Assembly (NCBI GenBank): GCA_951406725.2
Contig: OX597817.1
Span: forward strand, 48,174,001-48,238,000
Direction of reading: 5' to 3'
Length of the DNA stretch: 64,000 nt
DNA from: Octopus vulgaris
Lineage: Eukaryota
Below the pieces are notes generated by a model. The model was not told where the DNA came from and ran no database searches. It saw nothing but the letters and a program-made list of their open reading frames with translations. This document shows, in pieces, positions 62,673-64,000 of this stretch. The stretch's first letter is position 1; every line of letters starts with the position of its first letter. The translations under genes were made by a program, and so were the position numbers.

Positions 62673-62717
62673 ATCATTCTCTCACATCGTCTATGCAGTG
62701 GGACAAGACTTATTGTA

Positions 62718-62761
<44 letters not shown>

Positions 62762-62879
62762 CAGAAAGAAAGAAAAAAGAAAGGAAGAAAGATCGAAAGG
62801 AAGAAAGAAATAAAGAAAAAAGAAAGGAAGAAAAAAGAAAGGAAGAAAAAAGAAAGGAAGACAGAAAGAAAAAATAAAA

Positions 62880-62916
<37 letters not shown>

Positions 62917-63037
62917 GAGCAGGCGTTTGACGAGTTTTTTTTTTTTCGGTAACAAGTTTTTGTGAATGTGAGAGTGAATGTAGAATGCAATGTCATGCTT
63001 CACAAGGACGTTTTAATAACAGAAAACACTTTCCAAA

Positions 63038-63377
63038 TCACGGAGATGTACTTGCATAGCAAGTGACCTGGTCTAAGATCGTGTGCTAGAATGAAAACAA
63101 CTGTAGCGTGGAAGGTGTTTATAAGTCATTTAGGAAACACAAAAACAGTAAGATTCACTTCAACATTTAAATTTATTTTGCCAAAATATTTTCATCGCTT
63201 TGAGACCGCAACCTGATCACTGACAAAATTCCGTGCAGCATGGAATTTTGTCAGTGATCAGGTCGCGGTCTCAAAGCGATGAAAATATTTTGGCAAAATA
63301 AATTTAAATGTTGAAGTGAATCTAACGGTTTGTGTGTGTTTCTTAAATGGCTTATAAACACCTTCCACGCTGCAATT
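63038..63377. mobile_element. Palindromic insertion carrying two G3-C8 hammerhead-like motifs (63176-63228 minus, 63246-63298 plus), flanked by an ACTTTCCA duplication
   Basis: About 145-bp arms centred near 63236; ACTTTCCA at 63028 and 63378; absent from the homologous position upstream of gene A (about 15415). Confidence 0.75.
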
Positions 63378-64000
63378 ACTTTCCACGTTTCCATTCCCTA
63401 CCGATTCTATGTCGCCTCACTTACTCAGCAAATTTTTCCCACCTCAAGGCCACGAATACAGATCGGTGGAACTGCGGGCCTTTCAGGCTTTAACCAAGAA
63501 TATTTGTAGAGTAATTTGAGTGCATTACATTCGACTAAAAAAAACGATCACAGTATATATTTATTTCTTCTGCGATTAAAATTCCAAATTCTTTGGGGTG
63601 TTAGACGTGGTCTCTTCTATTTAGTAGACTTTAGTGTAGTTCGCTGTTGCAAGCGTATGGAACAGGTTCGTGACTGGAGATTGTCATAACTTCCCGTCCA
63701 TACTTCCCAAGATGTCAAAAACTAACGCTAGATACTCTAGACAATTACTTCCTCCGCTTTTCTAACATCCCTGTATTCCGATCCAACCTCAACGTTGCAC
63801 ATCACTTCTTAACAGGCTCGCATAGTCGATTACATCGATCCCACTGCTCAACTGGTACTCAATTTATCGACTCCGAAAGGATAACAGGCAGTCAACCTCG
63901 GCGGAATTTGAACTCAGATCATAAAGACAGACGAAATGTCGCTGAGCATTTTGCCCGGCATGCTAACAATTCTGCCAGCTAGCTGCCTAAAGTTGCCTGT

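Overview
Eukaryotic, AT-rich, microsatellite-dense animal DNA. The repeat families look like those of a cephalopod, probably Octopus (inference). The only host genes I can support are two paralogous secreted chitin deacetylases (signal peptide, CBM14 chitin-binding domain(s), Thr/Ser/Pro linker, CE4 catalytic domain). Each has two coding exons, and they lie convergently about 38 kb apart. Gene A is + strand, join(15818..16268,19821..20773), 467 aa, one CBM14. Gene B is - strand, join(62477..61622,59738..58792), 600 aa, two CBM14 plus a 30-bp mucin-like repeat. The paralogs show patchwork identity, with parts of the intron more similar than the catalytic exon, which suggests gene conversion. 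An exon-less relic of a third copy lies at about 44.3-45.7 kb. The rest is mobile DNA: a near full-length Tx1/L1-like LINE, RTE (with a PHD finger inside the RT), CR1, CRE-like and Penelope-like fragments, Tc1/mariner elements and several SINE families. There are also many palindromes and about a dozen intact or decayed hammerhead-ribozyme motifs, including C3-G8, G3-C8, U3-A8 and A6U core variants. All alignments and identities were judged by eye, and repeat boundaries are approximate.
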